Assembly: GCA_963675755.2 (NCBI GenBank)
Contig: CAXXMD010000003.1
Coordinates: 672,001-736,000 of the forward strand
Reading direction: 5' to 3'
Length of the DNA: 64,000 nucleotides
From: a bacterium
GTDB taxonomy: Bacteria; Zhuqueibacterota; Zhuqueibacteria; Residuimicrobiales; Krinioviventaceae
The number at the start of each line of letters is the position of its first letter. Position 1 is the first letter of the stretch. The position numbers and the translations under genes are program-made. Below, in pieces: positions 62,835 to 64,000 of this stretch. The notes beneath the pieces were generated by a model that had not been told where the DNA came from, did not search any database, and saw only the letters and a list, made by a program, of their open reading frames with translations.

Positions 62835-63302
62835 ATGAAATCAAAACATAAAATGATAATGATTGGCGTACTTTTTATTGCCATTGCGTTCCTGTCTGGT
62901 TGTGCGGCAAATAATACCATGTATCTGGAAAAACCCGCAGGATTTTGGGCAGGATTATGGCACGGATTTATCATAGTTATCTCTTTTATCATCAGTCTGT
63001 TCACTGACAGTGTTACCGTGTACGAATTCAATAATACAGGAAACTGGTACAATTTCGGGTTTGTTCTGGGTGCAATGATCGCACTGGGTGGACAAGGCAA
63101 AATGTGCTGTAAAAAGAAGCCCAAAAGTGACAAGGAAAAAGAATGGGAAGAAATTGGCGTCAAAGTAGAAGAAAAAGTTCGTACCGGTATCAAAAAATGG
63201 GTAGATGAAAACGATGAAGAAAAATCCGAATGGGAAGAGATTGGTAAAAAAGTTGAAGAAAAGATCAAACGGGAACTGCGCAACTGGGCGGACAAAGAAT
63301 AA
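62835..63302 (+). CDS. Membrane lipoprotein with duplicated C-terminal helix
   Basis: AAGGAG SD, lipobox LSGC, AGFWAGLWHG, YEFNNTGNWYNFGF, EWEEIG.KVEEK twice. Confidence 0.8.
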   Translation: MKSKHKMIMIGVLFIAIAFLSGCAANNTMYLEKPAGFWAGLWHGFIIVISFIISLFTDSVTVYEFNNTGNWYNFGFVLGAMIALGGQGKMCCKKKPKSDKEKEWEEIGVKVEEKVRTGIKKWVDENDEEKSEWEEIGKKVEEKIKRELRNWADKE

Positions 63303-63305
63303 TTG

Positions 63306-63347
63306 AAAAAAAAACGCTCCCACCCGGATTAAATGAGTGGGAGCGTT
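63306..63347. terminator. Terminator between convergent genes
   Basis: AACGCTCCCAC...GTGGGAGCGTT with A9 tract. Confidence 0.7.
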
Positions 63348-63428
63348 GAATATACATGACCGTCCCTTCGATACATACGTCCACCAAATGGCGGACGTAT
63401 ACTCAGAAAACGGTTTTATTTCTACAGG

Positions 63429-64000
63429 TTAAATCTTTTTCTTTAAATTGCTGATCAGTAATCCTACAACCAGAATGGTCAGTGTACCGAATATGGGGAT
63501 CAGGTAATTGTGGAACGGACTGGTCATTGCGCCAAAGAATCCGGGTGATTGATTGGAAATAGTCATCCACAAAATAATCAACACGCCCAAGATTGCTCCC
63601 GGAATTGCCGCGGAATTGGATGCTTTTTTAGAGATCATACCCAGCAATAAAATACCCAACATACCGCCGCTCAAAATACCTGCCAATACCTGCCATACCT
63701 GAAACGCGTTGCTGGCTGCAATCATTAACAATCCAATAATTGTACCCAGTGTACCCCATACAACTGTTGCAACATACAGCGCTTTCATCATCTGTTTTTC
63801 AGATGCAGCTTTATTAAAAAAACGTTTATAATAATCATTCATCAACAGGGTAGCGGAAGAGTTTAAACTGGTAGAAACCGTACTCATGGCCGCGGCAAAA
63901 ATTGCAGCAATCAAGAGTCCTTTTAATCCTATTGGCAGATTTTGAATAATGTAAAACGGGAATACATAGTCGGGTTTGGCTGCGTATTCAGGGGGAAGTG
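63429..64000 (-). CDS. Sodium:solute symporter (C-terminal part; starts outside the window)
   Basis: DYVFPFYIIQNLPIGLKGLLIAAIFAAAMSTVSTSLNS. Confidence 0.9.
   Translation of the reverse strand, partial: LPPEYAAKPDYVFPFYIIQNLPIGLKGLLIAAIFAAAMSTVSTSLNSSATLLMNDYYKRFFNKAASEKQMMKALYVATVVWGTLGTIIGLLMIAASNAFQVWQVLAGILSGGMLGILLLGMISKKASNSAAIPGAILGVLIILWMTISNQSPGFFGAMTSPFHNYLIPIFGTLTILVVGLLISNLKKKI

Overview
Bacterial chromosomal window, almost entirely on the minus strand. A FlgD-Ig/CTD-tailed secreted protein, a TonB receptor without SusD, a hybrid two-component system and strong Shine-Dalgarno use suggest an FCB-group organism outside Bacteroidia (KSB1/Calditrichota-like; inference). The centrepiece is a sigma54/NifA-driven group II Mo-nitrogenase operon (nifA | nifH-nifI1-nifI2-nifD-nifK-2Fe2S ferredoxin). 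It has no nifE/N/B, nifV or modABC in this window. Instead it runs, with tiny gaps, into an HmuY-like lipoprotein, a TonB-dependent receptor and a FecCD/BtuCDF-type ABC importer. Also present: (i) a >1100-aa papain-like secreted protease missed by the ORF track; (ii) a Cys-rich PAS sigma54 activator facing two small secreted-protein genes that share promoter, upstream motifs, signal peptide and terminator; (iii) a tandem ~374-bp REP-rich repeat; (iv) a PL6 lyase/TBDR/HTCS polysaccharide locus; (v) duplicated PD40 and STAS-like genes; (vi) HU, a run of orphan accessory genes and a heparinase II/III-like lyase. No rRNA, tRNA, CRISPR array or transposase was recognised. All family calls are from motif recognition by eye; no database was searched.
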